The notes: generated by a model not told the origin, from the sequence alone. A stretch of DNA of 64,000 nucleotides from Ascoidea asiatica JCM 7603 (GCA_001600695.1 BCKQ01000002.1:2103857-2167856), one strand, 5' to 3'. Shown: positions 24,101 to 36,800, counted from the first letter of the stretch. A program made the numbers and translations.

Positions 24101-26225
24101 TTTTCTTTATTGAAACTTTCTGTAGAAAAAACGTGACTTTGAATTGTAAAATTGAAAATTTTGATCATTTTTATGGAGATCTTTAACGAAATCAAATAAG
24201 TGGAAATTGAAAAGCTTCGAGCAAACAACTCTGATTTGTCAATTTCAGAATGTATTGAAGAAATCGGATTGGGAACTTGCGTTTGCATTTTCCAAATCAT
24301 TTGGTTGCGCTCTGAACACTATTAACAACTATTAATTGACTTTGATAACGCTAACGTTATTTTGTTGTCACAATATATGTAACGTTACACTATATATAAC
24401 GTAACCAAAAACATATTTTAATTGATTTTAATACCTAACTTTACATTAACAATGTAAAAACAAAATTACCCTCCTCGAAAAACATGTAAAACATTTAAAG
24501 ATAAGCAAGGTTATTTGGTGTTCTGGATAATTTAATAAACAGGGTAACCCAACTTACGTTATTATTTTGCCTGAAAGTTACAATAGAAGTAATGAAGCTA
24601 GTTATGTATTTTCAAGTATATAAAGGCCTTAAAAAAAATTAGCACATCGAGTGACTTATTTAGACGGCATAATTGAAAAAAAAGATTGGAATAATAATAA
24701 TAGAAAAAATACAAGTATTCATACGTGTGTGTGCTGTTGAAATATGCATATTTAAGTGTAATATTTTTAGGCAAACAAAAGTAATTCAGAAGAACTCAAA
24801 AAAATAATTTTGTTTTATAAAAGTTGTGCGAACTAATACATTTTAGAACATTCTATTTCTAGTTTATTGTCTAAGAAAATGGATTTTTAAAGATTTGAAA
24901 ACAGTAAACTGCAACTTCTTTGATTAAAATTGGATTTCCTGATTTTTTTTTTTTTTTTGAATGAACTTTAAAAATCCAAGCTTTTTTATAGAAAGTTCCG
25001 TTACCTTAGCGACTTTATTAAACATTTTATTTTTTTTTAATTTTAATTTTAATTTTTACTAAATAACTGAGTCTTGAAATAATTAAATTTGATTAATTAA
25101 AATTTTCATGTAAGATTATTATATTAAATAGATATTTGTATACATTTTTTACTATTATAACATTACCACTGACGAGAGTGGAAAATTAATGAGCACGTAA
25201 TTTTTATACATTTTCTGTCTTGAAAAATTTATAACAGTAATGACTTTTCCATTAATTATAATAAAAGTTTTTACAATTTAAAATTATCGAAATGATATTA
25301 GTAGTAATAGTAATAGGAAAATGTTAATAGATAAAATTGAAATAAAAATGAAATGAAAAATGTATCGGCATCTACTTTCCGAATAAAAAATAGATTTCAT
25401 AAAGAATATTTTAAATATAATTTATAATCAATTTCATTCGTTAAATTGATTATTTGACTGAATTATTTGACTGAAATTAAATGACCAATTACATTGAATT
25501 TATAGACTAAGAGTTTTAGTATGGTAAAATATTCTTTTCAGATATAATCAGCAGACAAATTAATTATTAAATTATTACAACATATATATAATACAAGTAT
25601 TCTGTATGTAAAATGTCAGTTTAGCAATTATTATCATAATTATAAGCATAATCATAATAGAAATGCTTTCGAATTTCAATTATTACAATTAATTTAGTTT
25701 TTTTTTGTTTTTTTTTTTCGTTCGGATACAAACCAAAATATAGAATTTTTATATCTATTTCAATATCAATATATATCCATATACTGTTTGTGTGAGAATA
25801 TTTTAAAAGAAATAGGTTTTATTTAAAATTGTAATTAGGTAAGAGAATTCTAAAGCTAAAAGACTAAATAATTATGATGACAGAAGAAAAACCGGATTAA
25901 AAAGAGAAAGGAGAAAAGAAAAGGAGAAAAGGAGAGAAACAAAAAAGAAAAAAGTTCATATAGTACCAAAAAAAAGATTTTAATAAAAGCAAAAGTGTTG
26001 GGATTCTTGAGACATAATAGAATAAATTAAGTTGTTTTAGTTTAAAAATTATCAAAGATAATGAAAAATGATGTCAATATTATAATTAGATTAATAATTA
26101 ATATTATATATTAATATATGTAAAATAGTAAATATAAAACTCAATAATTTCAAAACTATATAAAATTAAAAAAAAAATATAGACAAAAACAGACATATTT
26201 ATATTGGTTTGTGTACATAGGACAA

Positions 26226-26639
26226 TTAATCTTCTTCATCACTTGAAATGTCAATTACTCTTAATTTTCTCTTTTTATTTTTAGTACCTCTGTAGTAATG
26301 GCGTAAATATTCAGAGCTATAATTAACATTATAACTCCCTAACAGCCAAGCCCAATTTTTAAATGATAAACCAATCGGATTATTTTTTCATAGTTTGGTA
26401 ATCAATTTCACTTTTGTTGAGTCATATTTTTGATACAAATATGGTTATGCACAGCGTGTTAAAAGTAAATTATCTGATTTCTTTTTCATTTGAACTGGTA
26501 AATTATCTTTACTTTCTACCCAACGTTTTGGAATTAATGCTTTCTTCATAATTGATTTTTTCGATTGGCTACCAACCAGTGAGGGATTAAAGGCAAATTC
26601 AAAATTTTTTGCTTGAAAATAAGTAGGTGGAGGATCCAT
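26226..26639 (-). pseudogene. Candidate pseudogene: 138-codon frame with two internal stops, ending KKRKLRVIDISSDEED*
   Basis: One frame from AAAATGG (ATG 26639) to TAA 26228-26226, interrupted only by TAA 26447-26445 and TGA 26390-26388. Protein-like termini. Confidence 0.5.
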
Positions 26640-26806
26640 TTTTAATTGAAGTAATTTTAGTAATATTAGTGACTGAAGGAAAAGAAAATAAAATAAGAAA
26701 AAGGTTAACTCAAATATTTTTGACAGCGAGTGACAACGAGCAATAACAACTGACAACAACTGACAACACATACATTGAACATCCAACATTCAATATAAAA
26801 AAATAA

Positions 26807-26814
26807 GTCACGTG
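26807..26814. promoter_or_regulatory. Cbf1-type E-box GTCACGTG
   Basis: Exact RTCACGTG about 170 bp upstream of the candidate pseudogene ATG. Confidence 0.35.
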
Positions 26815-27597
26815 TCATAGTTGAAATATATTTGAATTAAACTTAAAAGAAATAAAAATAAAGAAATAATAACTGCCTGTAAAAGCATAAAAAAAAAAAG
26901 TAAAATAAATGAAAACAATTTTAACAAAAAGAAATTAATTATTCTGAAGTAACAATGAAGCTAAAATTAACTTAAAGAAAAAAAAATACTGTCTTAGAAA
27001 TATAGATGAAAATTGTTGAAGATTAAAAATTAAAACCCCAAGATAAAACAAAGGTTTAACACTGTAGGATTGAATAATAGATGAATGATAAGAATAGTAT
27101 TATTACATTAAGATGCAATTGAAGCTAAATTAATTATCAGTAAATTAGTTATCCCCTCAAGTTAAATTATTTGAAGTTGGTGATCTCATTTGTCATTTTG
27201 TATCACTTTGCAATCTTCGTAGTTACAGTACTAATTGTAGATATTGAATTCAACTTAACTTTTTTATATTTTGATATATTGAGTTTAATTGAAAATAAAT
27301 GAATTAAAAAGACCAAATGAATTTCGAATATTTGGTTATAATTCTAGAATGCCGACTTCCATCTCGGTTGGGGAGTCGTCCATTTCCAAAGGTTGTGCAA
27401 GTTGCCGTCACTGGGCCGCGTCTCGGCGTTTGAGGTGAGCCCTAAAATCTGCAATCAAACTTAAACAGAGAGAGCTGTGATAAAGTGTTCTTTGATAGAA
27501 TCTCAATTTCAAATAATATTTATTTATTTTAAAGCTTTAAATATAAATGTGAACTGAAATTATTAAAAATAAGTCTTTTCAAAAGAAGATTAATTTG

Positions 27598-27680
27598 AAA
27601 TACCAATTTAAAAATACCATCTTGAAAAATACCAATTTAAAAATGTCAATTTAAAAATACCAATTTGAAAATACTAATTA
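27598..27680. repeat. Degenerate ~14-bp tandem repeat AAAATACCAATTT(A/G), about 6 copies
   Basis: Read directly from the sequence. Confidence 0.75.
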
Positions 27681-29062
27681 AACTAGTCATCTTTTTTTGA
27701 GTAAAGGTAAATTGATTTAAAAGAAAGACATTGGAAACTATATTTCAAGTCAATACTATAGGGTCAATACTAAACTCATGCTTTTTAAAACTGAATGGGT
27801 ATTCAGAAATAGTAATAGTATTATGAAATTGTATTTATGAAATTGAAATTCTGGATTTTATTATGCAATTGTAATTAGCGATTTCATTTAGTGAATAAAT
27901 TATGAAATTGCATCTTTTCATTCCAATAATTTCTCTGATAAATAGTAGTAAATAGTTTGGAAGATATGCTAAGTGACATAATTTGGGTGAAATATTATCA
28001 AAAACCATATTCTAAATGTACTGTAGTGTCTATACAGTTTTGTCTTAGCTCTTTAATTTTTTGTTAGCAATTTCAACTTCTGATTGGCTTGAAAACAAAA
28101 TACTTTATATTCGGATTCAAAAAAATATAATTCAAATTCGAATTTCAATTCCATTTTTAAAACTGGGATAAAAAAGCTAAACTCAATTCTATTGGCGGCT
28201 AATTCGCTAAGAAAACTAAAATTATAAAATAAGCTTGCTGGCAGATAAGTGTCAATTCTCTCACATGAACTAATGTAATTGAAAAAAGAATTCTCTTTTA
28301 TAAAAAATTATACTATTTGAGAGATAAGTAATGTTCTTTACCATATCTTGATTATCATCAATCAAAAATATTTTATATTTAAATATGTATAGCCTGATTT
28401 GTAAATTGATCAACGAGAAGGTATACAGTATCACAGCAGCATACCGCTGCTTTTTTTTACGGCTTCAGAATATGTATCAAGTACTAAGTAGCTACTTTTG
28501 ATGATAATTTTGCAGTGATTATCTGATATGTTTAACGTCGTATAGTGCTGATAGTCCAGAACCGGATACTCTAGTCGAAAATCTCATGCACTGCAAAAGC
28601 TTATTCTTAGTATGTTTACAAACTCCGCCTTACTGCTTTCCAAAGCTTACAATACTGTGTACTGCAGTAGAACAAAGTTCTCGGGTTACACTCCAGCTAC
28701 TTGATTATACCCTCGATTACATAATAAATAGATAGAGATGGAAAACTTGTAGAGTCCAGTTTCACGGGTCAACTTGATTTGTTTTATTTATATATCCCTG
28801 AGTAATTTGGAATTAAAAAAAATTTTGTTACCTTTTTAACCACAATTGTGCTTAAGTTCACAAAATTAAAATATGCTGCTTTTGAAATAAGTAGGTCTGA
28901 AGTTGACTATTTTTTTCAGAGTAAGTTTACAAAAAAAAAACTTATTGAAATATATTATTATTGTGCTACAATATTTATGTTGTCTTATGAGTTAATTTAT
29001 TTATAGAGTCTACAGAATCATTGCTCGTCACAACGAATCATTACCAATTAGTTACTGGAGTG

Positions 29063-32000
29063 CTAAATTAAACTTAGATTTTGGATCTCTTTTTGAATTT
29101 CATCTTGAATATCCTTTTCACTGGAGGGGAGTCCAGAACCATTTCTCTTATCTACAAGCAGTGGAATTTCATGACTTTCACTCAACACTTTGGCTTCTTC
29201 ACCATTCAACAAAAGGTCACTTTCGAGTTCTTCTGCCACGCTGCTTCCAGTGCCAAAATCATCATAATCTTCATCCTCCTCATCGTGGCTTTCACTTCCA
29301 TATTTGGCAGTACCGGTGCTGCTAGTGTTGCTGGTGGCTGTGTTTCTTCTGCTTAGTGATTCTCCATCACCACCATTTCCATTTCTATTGGAAGAAACAT
29401 TACCATTAATTTTATTATGAGGATTATTATAAGTATTATAATTGATATTATTAATACTAACTGTATCAAGTCTTTTACGAACTTCATTTGCAACTCTTTC
29501 AAACATATCTCGAAAATTAAGGTTATCTTTAGAATCATCTTTAATTGATGCATTTAAATCAACTGATTCTCTAAATGTTTCACTAAAAAATAATTCAAAT
29601 GATTCATCTGATAATACTACCATTCTAAATGTTGGTAAATCCATTATAAAGGGTTCTGGATTTAAAGCTTTATTAGCTTTAATTTTTAATGTATTTCTAT
29701 CTTCATAATCAAAACTTTCATCATCCCTTTCATTATCTGAAATATCCAAAAGATCACTACTACTCTTATGTTTAGTCTTTTTATCATTTTCCTTATCATC
29801 TTCCGCTTCTTCATCTGTTTGCTCTTCTTCATCTTCCTCGTCCTCTTCTTCATCTTCTTCAACTGGTTGTGCATATTCAAATGATCTTTTGATGAAATTA
29901 CTTGCTGCCAATAAATATCTTTCCATTTGTTCATGTTGATAACGAACTTTATCAATATGAATTTCATCTTTAGAAATTTTTATTTCATAATTATTGAATA
30001 TTTCTTCTTCTTTTAATTTAATTTCTTCAATATTGTACCCTTCCATTAATAGATCCTCTCTAAACCTGTTTCTCTCATTTTCAATTTCTCTTTCTTTTAG
30101 TTTTTTCAATTTATTATATTTAACTTTATATTCTTTTTCAATTTTACTTTTTGTAATTTTATCAAATATTTTACCATCTGACCACATTCTAATAATATAT
30201 AATAATCCTTCTGACATTTGTAAAATTTCTTCTTTGTCAATATATCCAGATTTATCTTCATCAAATAAATTGAAAAAAAATTCTAATGATCCCATTAAAT
30301 CATTTTCAACTAATTGATTTAATCCCCTAACTAAATCTTTTAATCTTAATCCTAAAATTGGTACTGTAGTTGGTACTGATATTTTCTTAACATTTATATT
30401 TTCATTTTTGTTTTCATTTTTATTAAAATCATCATTTATCTTTTCTTTATTATTTTGATCTTCATCTTTATTATTACCTTTTTCCTTTTCTTTATCTTTA
30501 TCTTTATCTTTTTCTTTTTCTTTTTCTTTATCAAGTTCTTGAAAATTACACCAAGATTTGAATAATTTTGTTAAAAAAACTTCTTGAGATTTAATAAATT
30601 GAAAATCTTTACATAAATCATCATCTTTAATTTTAACCCATGAAGTAATTTCAGACATAAATGTTTTAAATTTATTAAAATCCATAATTGATAATGATGA
30701 TCCATTATCACTTCTTGGTTTTTGTCCACTTAAAGAATTTAGACTTTTATTCATATCATTATCTTCTTTATATTCATATTCATTATTATTATTATCATAA
30801 TCATAATCATCGTCATCATCGTCATTATTATTATTACTATTATTATTGTTATTTAAATCATTATTATGATCATTATTGGTAATTAAGTTATTATTTGGAT
30901 TATTATTAGTTTCCAATATTAAATAAAATCTATCATAGATATTTGATAGATTATTTAAATTTAAATTTTGAACTTTTGGTAAATTTCTAATTTGAGTTCT
31001 TTTAACAAAAATTTCAATATCTTGAAATACTTTATCTTTATGTTTTGATCTATATTGTGTAATCATTTCATCTGTTATAATACTAAATTCTTTAAAAGCA
31101 ACAACTAATAATTCTTGAAATTTAGTTATATTTCTATAATTTTCATTTTTACTATTTGGATGAGCAGATTGATCTAAATTATTAAAATAATCTTTAATTA
31201 TTGAAATAAAAGCACCATCATCATCAGTTAATAATAATTGATCACCATTAATTTTTAAAATTGCTAAAGAAACTTGAAATAAAGTTTTTGGACCTTGTAA
31301 AAAAAAAATATCTAAGATTCTAAAAGCGAAAATCAAAGGCATTGAAGATAAAAATAAAGATAAAAACCATGGTAAAGAAACTATTGATAATTGAATATCA
31401 TTTTTAATAATATTATCAAATAAAATTGGCATTGTTTTTTCAACTAAAGATTCAAAGACTTTTTGATCTAATAAAGTTCCATACATTGTTTTTGAATAGT
31501 AACCTGGACAATAAGTTTCACATAATGAATTTAAACACCAAAAGGCTTGTTCTTCAGACATATATATTAACAAAGCTGCAACAACAATATTCATTGCTTG
31601 ACAATAACCTATTTCAGTATTTTTCCAAGAATAAGCAGTCAAAACATTTCTTAATCTTTGAATACCTTGATTATTTTGATATGCAGGATATTCAGGTAAA
31701 GATCTATTTAAATCTTTTTCAATTTCTTCAATTGCATGAGAATTTTTATCTTTAAATTTAATTAAGATTTTTTTATAATAATTTAAATTTTGAAATCTTT
31801 TATAAATTGAACCTGAAGTTAATTCCCAAATTTCACCTCTGATTCTATTTGGTAAACCAATTCTGATTAATTTATAAAATAGATTTGATTTAACTAAAGT
31901 TAAATTTTTACCATTTGATTTAAAATAATTATACCATAATCTCATTTTTGATTTATCTTTTAATAATTTTGGATTTCCAGGAAATTTAAAAATTAAACCA

Positions 32001-32668
32001 AGGCCACCATTTGGTAAACTGACTTTATCACTATCATTATTATCATTTTCCTTATTATCAGTATTAATATTTTCATTTTTTATTATCAAATATTCAGAAT
32101 ATAAAGTTAATAAGAATGGATTTAAATTTTTTAAATTAACTAAATTTTTTTTTAAAATTTTCTTTAAATTATAAGCAAAATTTTCAGAATTTGATCTAAT
32201 ACCAATAAATTGTATGATTAATTGAAATTTAGTATATAATAATATTGATAAACAAAATATAAAATTGTTATTTAAATTTTCTCTTGAAACTTTTTTAATT
32301 GTTGATAGATTTATAATAAAGGAGCAATTTGTATCATCATAAGAATCTTTGAATACTAAGAATTGCTGAGTTAAATATAATTTACCAGAGAAATAAGTCG
32401 AGATTGAAAAAGAGTTATTTGAGTTACTTGGGTTATTGTTTATTATATCATTATTGTTTTGAGTATTATTTTGATTATGATTATTATTATTTATATAAGG
32501 AGAATAAATTGAAATTTCAACATTTGATTCATCTATTATTGATTGATTACTTGGTAATTTGAATTCGTTTGTAAAGATTTCAGACTTTGAAGGACGATAG
32601 ACATTATTATTTTTATTTAAAAATAAAGATTCAGAAGCTTTATTTTTTAAATTTTGAAAAAAAGCCAT
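29063..32668 (-). CDS. MDR1: Rab GTPase-activating protein Mdr1/Gyp2 (GRAM, TBC and EF-hand domains)
   Basis: GRAM-like GKLYLT; TBC motifs IEKDLNRS and GYCQAMN; EF-hand FDEDKSGYIDKEE; DLPTFRMVVLSDE. Confidence 0.92.
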   Translation of the reverse strand: MAFFQNLKNKASESLFLNKNNNVYRPSKSEIFTNEFKLPSNQSIIDESNVEISIYSPYINNNNHNQNNTQNNNDIINNNPSNSNNSFSISTYFSGKLYLTQQFLVFKDSYDDTNCSFIINLSTIKKVSRENLNNNFIFCLSILLYTKFQLIIQFIGIRSNSENFAYNLKKILKKNLVNLKNLNPFLLTLYSEYLIIKNENINTDNKENDNNDSDKVSLPNGGLGLIFKFPGNPKLLKDKSKMRLWYNYFKSNGKNLTLVKSNLFYKLIRIGLPNRIRGEIWELTSGSIYKRFQNLNYYKKILIKFKDKNSHAIEEIEKDLNRSLPEYPAYQNNQGIQRLRNVLTAYSWKNTEIGYCQAMNIVVAALLIYMSEEQAFWCLNSLCETYCPGYYSKTMYGTLLDQKVFESLVEKTMPILFDNIIKNDIQLSIVSLPWFLSLFLSSMPLIFAFRILDIFFLQGPKTLFQVSLAILKINGDQLLLTDDDGAFISIIKDYFNNLDQSAHPNSKNENYRNITKFQELLVVAFKEFSIITDEMITQYRSKHKDKVFQDIEIFVKRTQIRNLPKVQNLNLNNLSNIYDRFYLILETNNNPNNNLITNNDHNNDLNNNNNSNNNNDDDDDDYDYDNNNNEYEYKEDNDMNKSLNSLSGQKPRSDNGSSLSIMDFNKFKTFMSEITSWVKIKDDDLCKDFQFIKSQEVFLTKLFKSWCNFQELDKEKEKEKDKDKDKEKEKGNNKDEDQNNKEKINDDFNKNENKNENINVKKISVPTTVPILGLRLKDLVRGLNQLVENDLMGSLEFFFNLFDEDKSGYIDKEEILQMSEGLLYIIRMWSDGKIFDKITKSKIEKEYKVKYNKLKKLKEREIENERNRFREDLLMEGYNIEEIKLKEEEIFNNYEIKISKDEIHIDKVRYQHEQMERYLLAASNFIKRSFEYAQPVEEDEEEDEEDEEEQTDEEAEDDKENDKKTKHKSSSDLLDISDNERDDESFDYEDRNTLKIKANKALNPEPFIMDLPTFRMVVLSDESFELFFSETFRESVDLNASIKDDSKDNLNFRDMFERVANEVRKRLDTVSINNINYNTYNNPHNKINGNVSSNRNGNGGDGESLSRRNTATSNTSSTGTAKYGSESHDEEDEDYDDFGTGSSVAEELESDLLLNGEEAKVLSESHEIPLLVDKRNGSGLPSSEKDIQDEIQKEIQNLSLI

Positions 32669-33802
32669 AATTAATATTGAAAAAAAAGGAGATTAAATAA
32701 GTAATAGATAAATAAAGATTTTAAAAAAAGTTATTTAAATGATTGTGATATGAATTGAAAGTATTGAGATTAATAGAATATAGGTTACTGAAAAGTGATG
32801 AAAGTGATTAATAATTGAGTTGCTATTATTGAAATACTAAAATATAATCAAATTAGTCAAATATAATCAAATAGTCAAATACAGTAATCAAGTAATGTTA
32901 ATTTTAGCTAGTATTGTAATTAATTACTATGAAGAATTGAAGAATTGAGATTGAGTGAGAAGTGGCATTTGATCAAGCGCTGGAGTTCCATTGTTAATCT
33001 CTCTCAATCTTTGGCCAATCAGAGAAGACTGTGTGCGGCTTGTATGGCTGATGCATTGCAACAATAACAAAGCCACGTGCGCCCATGGGAAAAACCGGAA
33101 AACCAAAAAGAGACCAGGTATTTGGTTCTACCAAACAGAAAAGTGGATTTGCCAGTGTCATGGATCTACCAAACTGGTGGGTTTTATTTTTTTTTGGTAG
33201 CCATACTTGTGGGACTTCTGAAAATTGAATGGAATCAGTAAACAGTTTTTGGTTAATTAACAGCACACACTGGCACCAAACGCTGAGGAGAGTAAATAAG
33301 CTGCTTAAGCTGCTAAAACTGCCATGTTCAGACTCAGACTTAGCTCAGCTCAGCTTCAGATCTGTTCCGGACTGTTCCCAGAACACTGCAATAGTAACAA
33401 TACTGAAAATAAAAACAGTAAAAATACTATCTTTTTGTAAGCTGCAAACCACAATATAAGGAATACATTTTAAACCAGTATATTAACTGCAATATATTGA
33501 ATATATTGATTGGATATCAAGTATATTAATATATCAATTATATCTAATATATATAATATATCAAATACTAATTTGAATATTATCATATTCTCTGCATTCC
33601 AGGTCATTCAATCTAAGCCGATTGAAGAAATCAACTGTTTTTTTAGAAGTTTTGATTTCGAATAGATATTGTTTAGATAATTAATTACAATTATCCAACT
33701 AAAATCACAATTATCAATTATAATTATTATTAAATAAAAGTCTATCAAGAATATTAAGAATAGGATAAAGAGGATCACAATCATTAATAACTCGAGCTTA
33801 TT

Positions 33803-36800
33803 ATGGGTATGTATAATTATTTCATATATTTATATTTTTATATAAATTTTCATTTCCATTTTCATTTTCAGTTTTATTTTTTTGTAAATATAATCTAAAC
33901 CAATCATTCTTCAAAATACTAACAATTTATCGATTTTATCAATTTATCAATTAATAGCTCCAAAAAAAAATAAAATGTCACTTAAAGAGTTCATTGCTGA
34001 TGCTTGTATGTATATTTCTATCCATATATTATAATATATCCAATATATTCATTACATTCAATATATTCAATATTATTAATGAAATTAATCTAATCAATGT
34101 AACTAACATAAAATTTTTGAATTATATTAAGCTTTAGGGCAAATCTCTTGGGCGGATGATGATTTTGATATAAACTCAATTCAGGTTCCAATTCAATCAT
34201 CTATTCCATTACCTTCATCTAATAATGCTAATCATACTACTAATACCACTGCGAGTTCAAATATAAATAATAACAATACTAATAGTAATAGCTCATACAA
34301 TAATAGTTACAATCATAGTCATAGTAATAATTATAATCAGAATTATAATCATGGAAATAATTACAATAATTATAGTAATTATAACAATTATAATAATAAC
34401 AATCTTAACTTAAATCAAAATAGATTGAATTCAAGATCAAGATCGAGATCAAGTTCAAGAAGGCGTCTGAGTAATCAAAATTTTGGTTATCAAAATAATT
34501 ATAATCCAAATAATAATTATCAAAATAGTTTTAATAATAATAATAATAACTTTAATAACTCCAATTCAATCCCTCCTCATATATCAAGTAATAATAATTA
34601 TATTCAAAATCCAAATTATTTATTACCACATCAATTACCTCCACCATATATTGTTAAATTTATAAATTTATCTCCGAATTTTAATAATGATCTTCTATTA
34701 AAATTATTTAATAATTATTATGATATTATTGGAAAATTTCCAAAATTTATTGAAAAAAATAATCATATATTTAATTTAATTTATAAACCGGGTTTTGGTA
34801 TAAGATTAAAAAAATTCAAATTATTTTGGCAATTACCACATAATTATCCAAATTTCAGTGATTTATCAAATTTTAATAATATTTTAAAACAAAATCAAAA
34901 CGATTTAAAAAATAATGATGATTTAAAAAATGATAGTTCAGATTTAATTGAATTTTTTAAAAATAAAAAAAAAATTGCATTTATTGAGTTTAATACATTA
35001 TTAGAATTGAATATAATTTTATCATTTAATGAATTAGGTATTTATAATAATGATATCATAAAGTATAATGAATTTTTAAATGGTAATTTAAAAACATTTA
35101 TTAAATATACTTTAAATGAAAGAATTTTAAATTCAAATGATCAAATTTTTATAGAATTAGCAGATTTTAAAGATTTTAATATTTATCAAGAATCTGATGA
35201 TTATCAACATAAAATTAATCATTTACATCATCTTTTGTCTGATCCATTAAATATCTCAAACAATAATTTAACTAAAATAAAATCAAATACTTCAAATTCA
35301 AATTCAATGTCAATTTCAATTTCAACTTCAAATAATAAATCTTTAATATCTAATAATAATAATGATGAGGTCGAAAATAAACAAGTTTTACCGAAATTAA
35401 ATAAGCCAAATCCTTTTGGTAATGCAAAACCAATAGATACTCTATCTAAAGAGTTAGAATTAGAAAAATTAATGAAAGCTGTAAATAAAACAACTTTCAA
35501 AACTTTAGGTTCGACAGGTGAAAATAATTTTTCAACAATTAATAATAATGATAAAATTATTGATAAAAAAATAGACTTAATTGATCCAAAAATTAACCAT
35601 CCTATACCATCATCTCAAATTATTTCAAATTCTCAGTTAACAGTTGAAAATATTGATCAAATTCCTCCTAATGCAACTATAGCTCAACGTCCAAGGTCAA
35701 GATCAATAAAATCTCCAAAATTAGTCTTAAAAAAAACTCCTGCAAATAAAAATAATCTAGATTCAAAATCGAATTTTAATTACTCAAAATCTTCCTCACC
35801 TGCAATAACTTCGCAACCAAAAAATTATGCAGCTGCTGTTGCAAGAACTATAAATGGTTCAACCCCAATTTTATCTCCTGCCCCAATTCCTAAACCCATT
35901 ATTCTGCATTCTCCTTCAACAACCATAACTAATGGTCCAATAAATATTTCAACAAATGACCCAATGCTCAATAACGATTTAATATCCACGGAAAATTCAA
36001 TCTCAAACTCTAACATTGATTTATTTATTAAACCTAACTCTATCCCTAGTTCAAATATTAATCATAATCAGCCATCTATCAATACTATTTCTAGTAATAC
36101 CAATAATTTTAATCATAATAATAATTTTGACTCTAATAGGACTTCTAATTTAAACTCTAATCGCACTATAGAACAAGAAAAATTAAATACTGGAATGAAT
36201 TTTGATTATAATGATAATAACAATAATAACAGTTATGATAGAAACAATGTTATGCAAACCATCAATAGCAATTTTCCTTCAAGGCCAAATCAAAATATCG
36301 ATAATTATTATCCCAATCTGTCAAATCTTGATAATCACTCAAATCATAATAAACAATATAATTACACTAATCAATCTAATTTCAATTCTCATCCTGCCCA
36401 TAATGATTATTCAAATAACTATCCTAATAACTATACTAATGATTATTCTAGTGAATACCCAGAGAGCAATTACTCAAGTAATATTTCTCATAATATAACT
36501 CCAGGCTCTTCCTTAGGTGCAAATAATCGTCATCCATATTTCAAACCAAAAATATTAAAAAGAACTTCTATCGTCGATGAGGTGAAATTAGGTAGAACAG
36601 CAAAAAGCAATTTAACTAGTAGCTACACTTCTAAAGTGAATGAAATTTCTGATTCCTTTGGTAGAACGTCAATACAATCTCAAATTAATAAATCAATCAA
36701 AAAAGATACAAACCCTGAACTATCTATAAATGAGAAATTAAAACAGGTTGATATCGGAAAAGAAATCCCACAGACTGAAACACTTAAAGAAATAGTAAAA

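Noticed and set aside
28435-28458. AGCAGC/GCTGCT hairpin followed by a T-run
   Set aside because: Looks like a bacterial terminator, but the host is eukaryotic; no Pol III A/B boxes or known RNA upstream.
28499-28551. TGATGA...CTGA box C/D-like patterns (also at 46535, 53889 and 54748)
   Set aside because: Wrong spacing or missing D box, no terminal stem, and no rRNA-complementary guide recognised.
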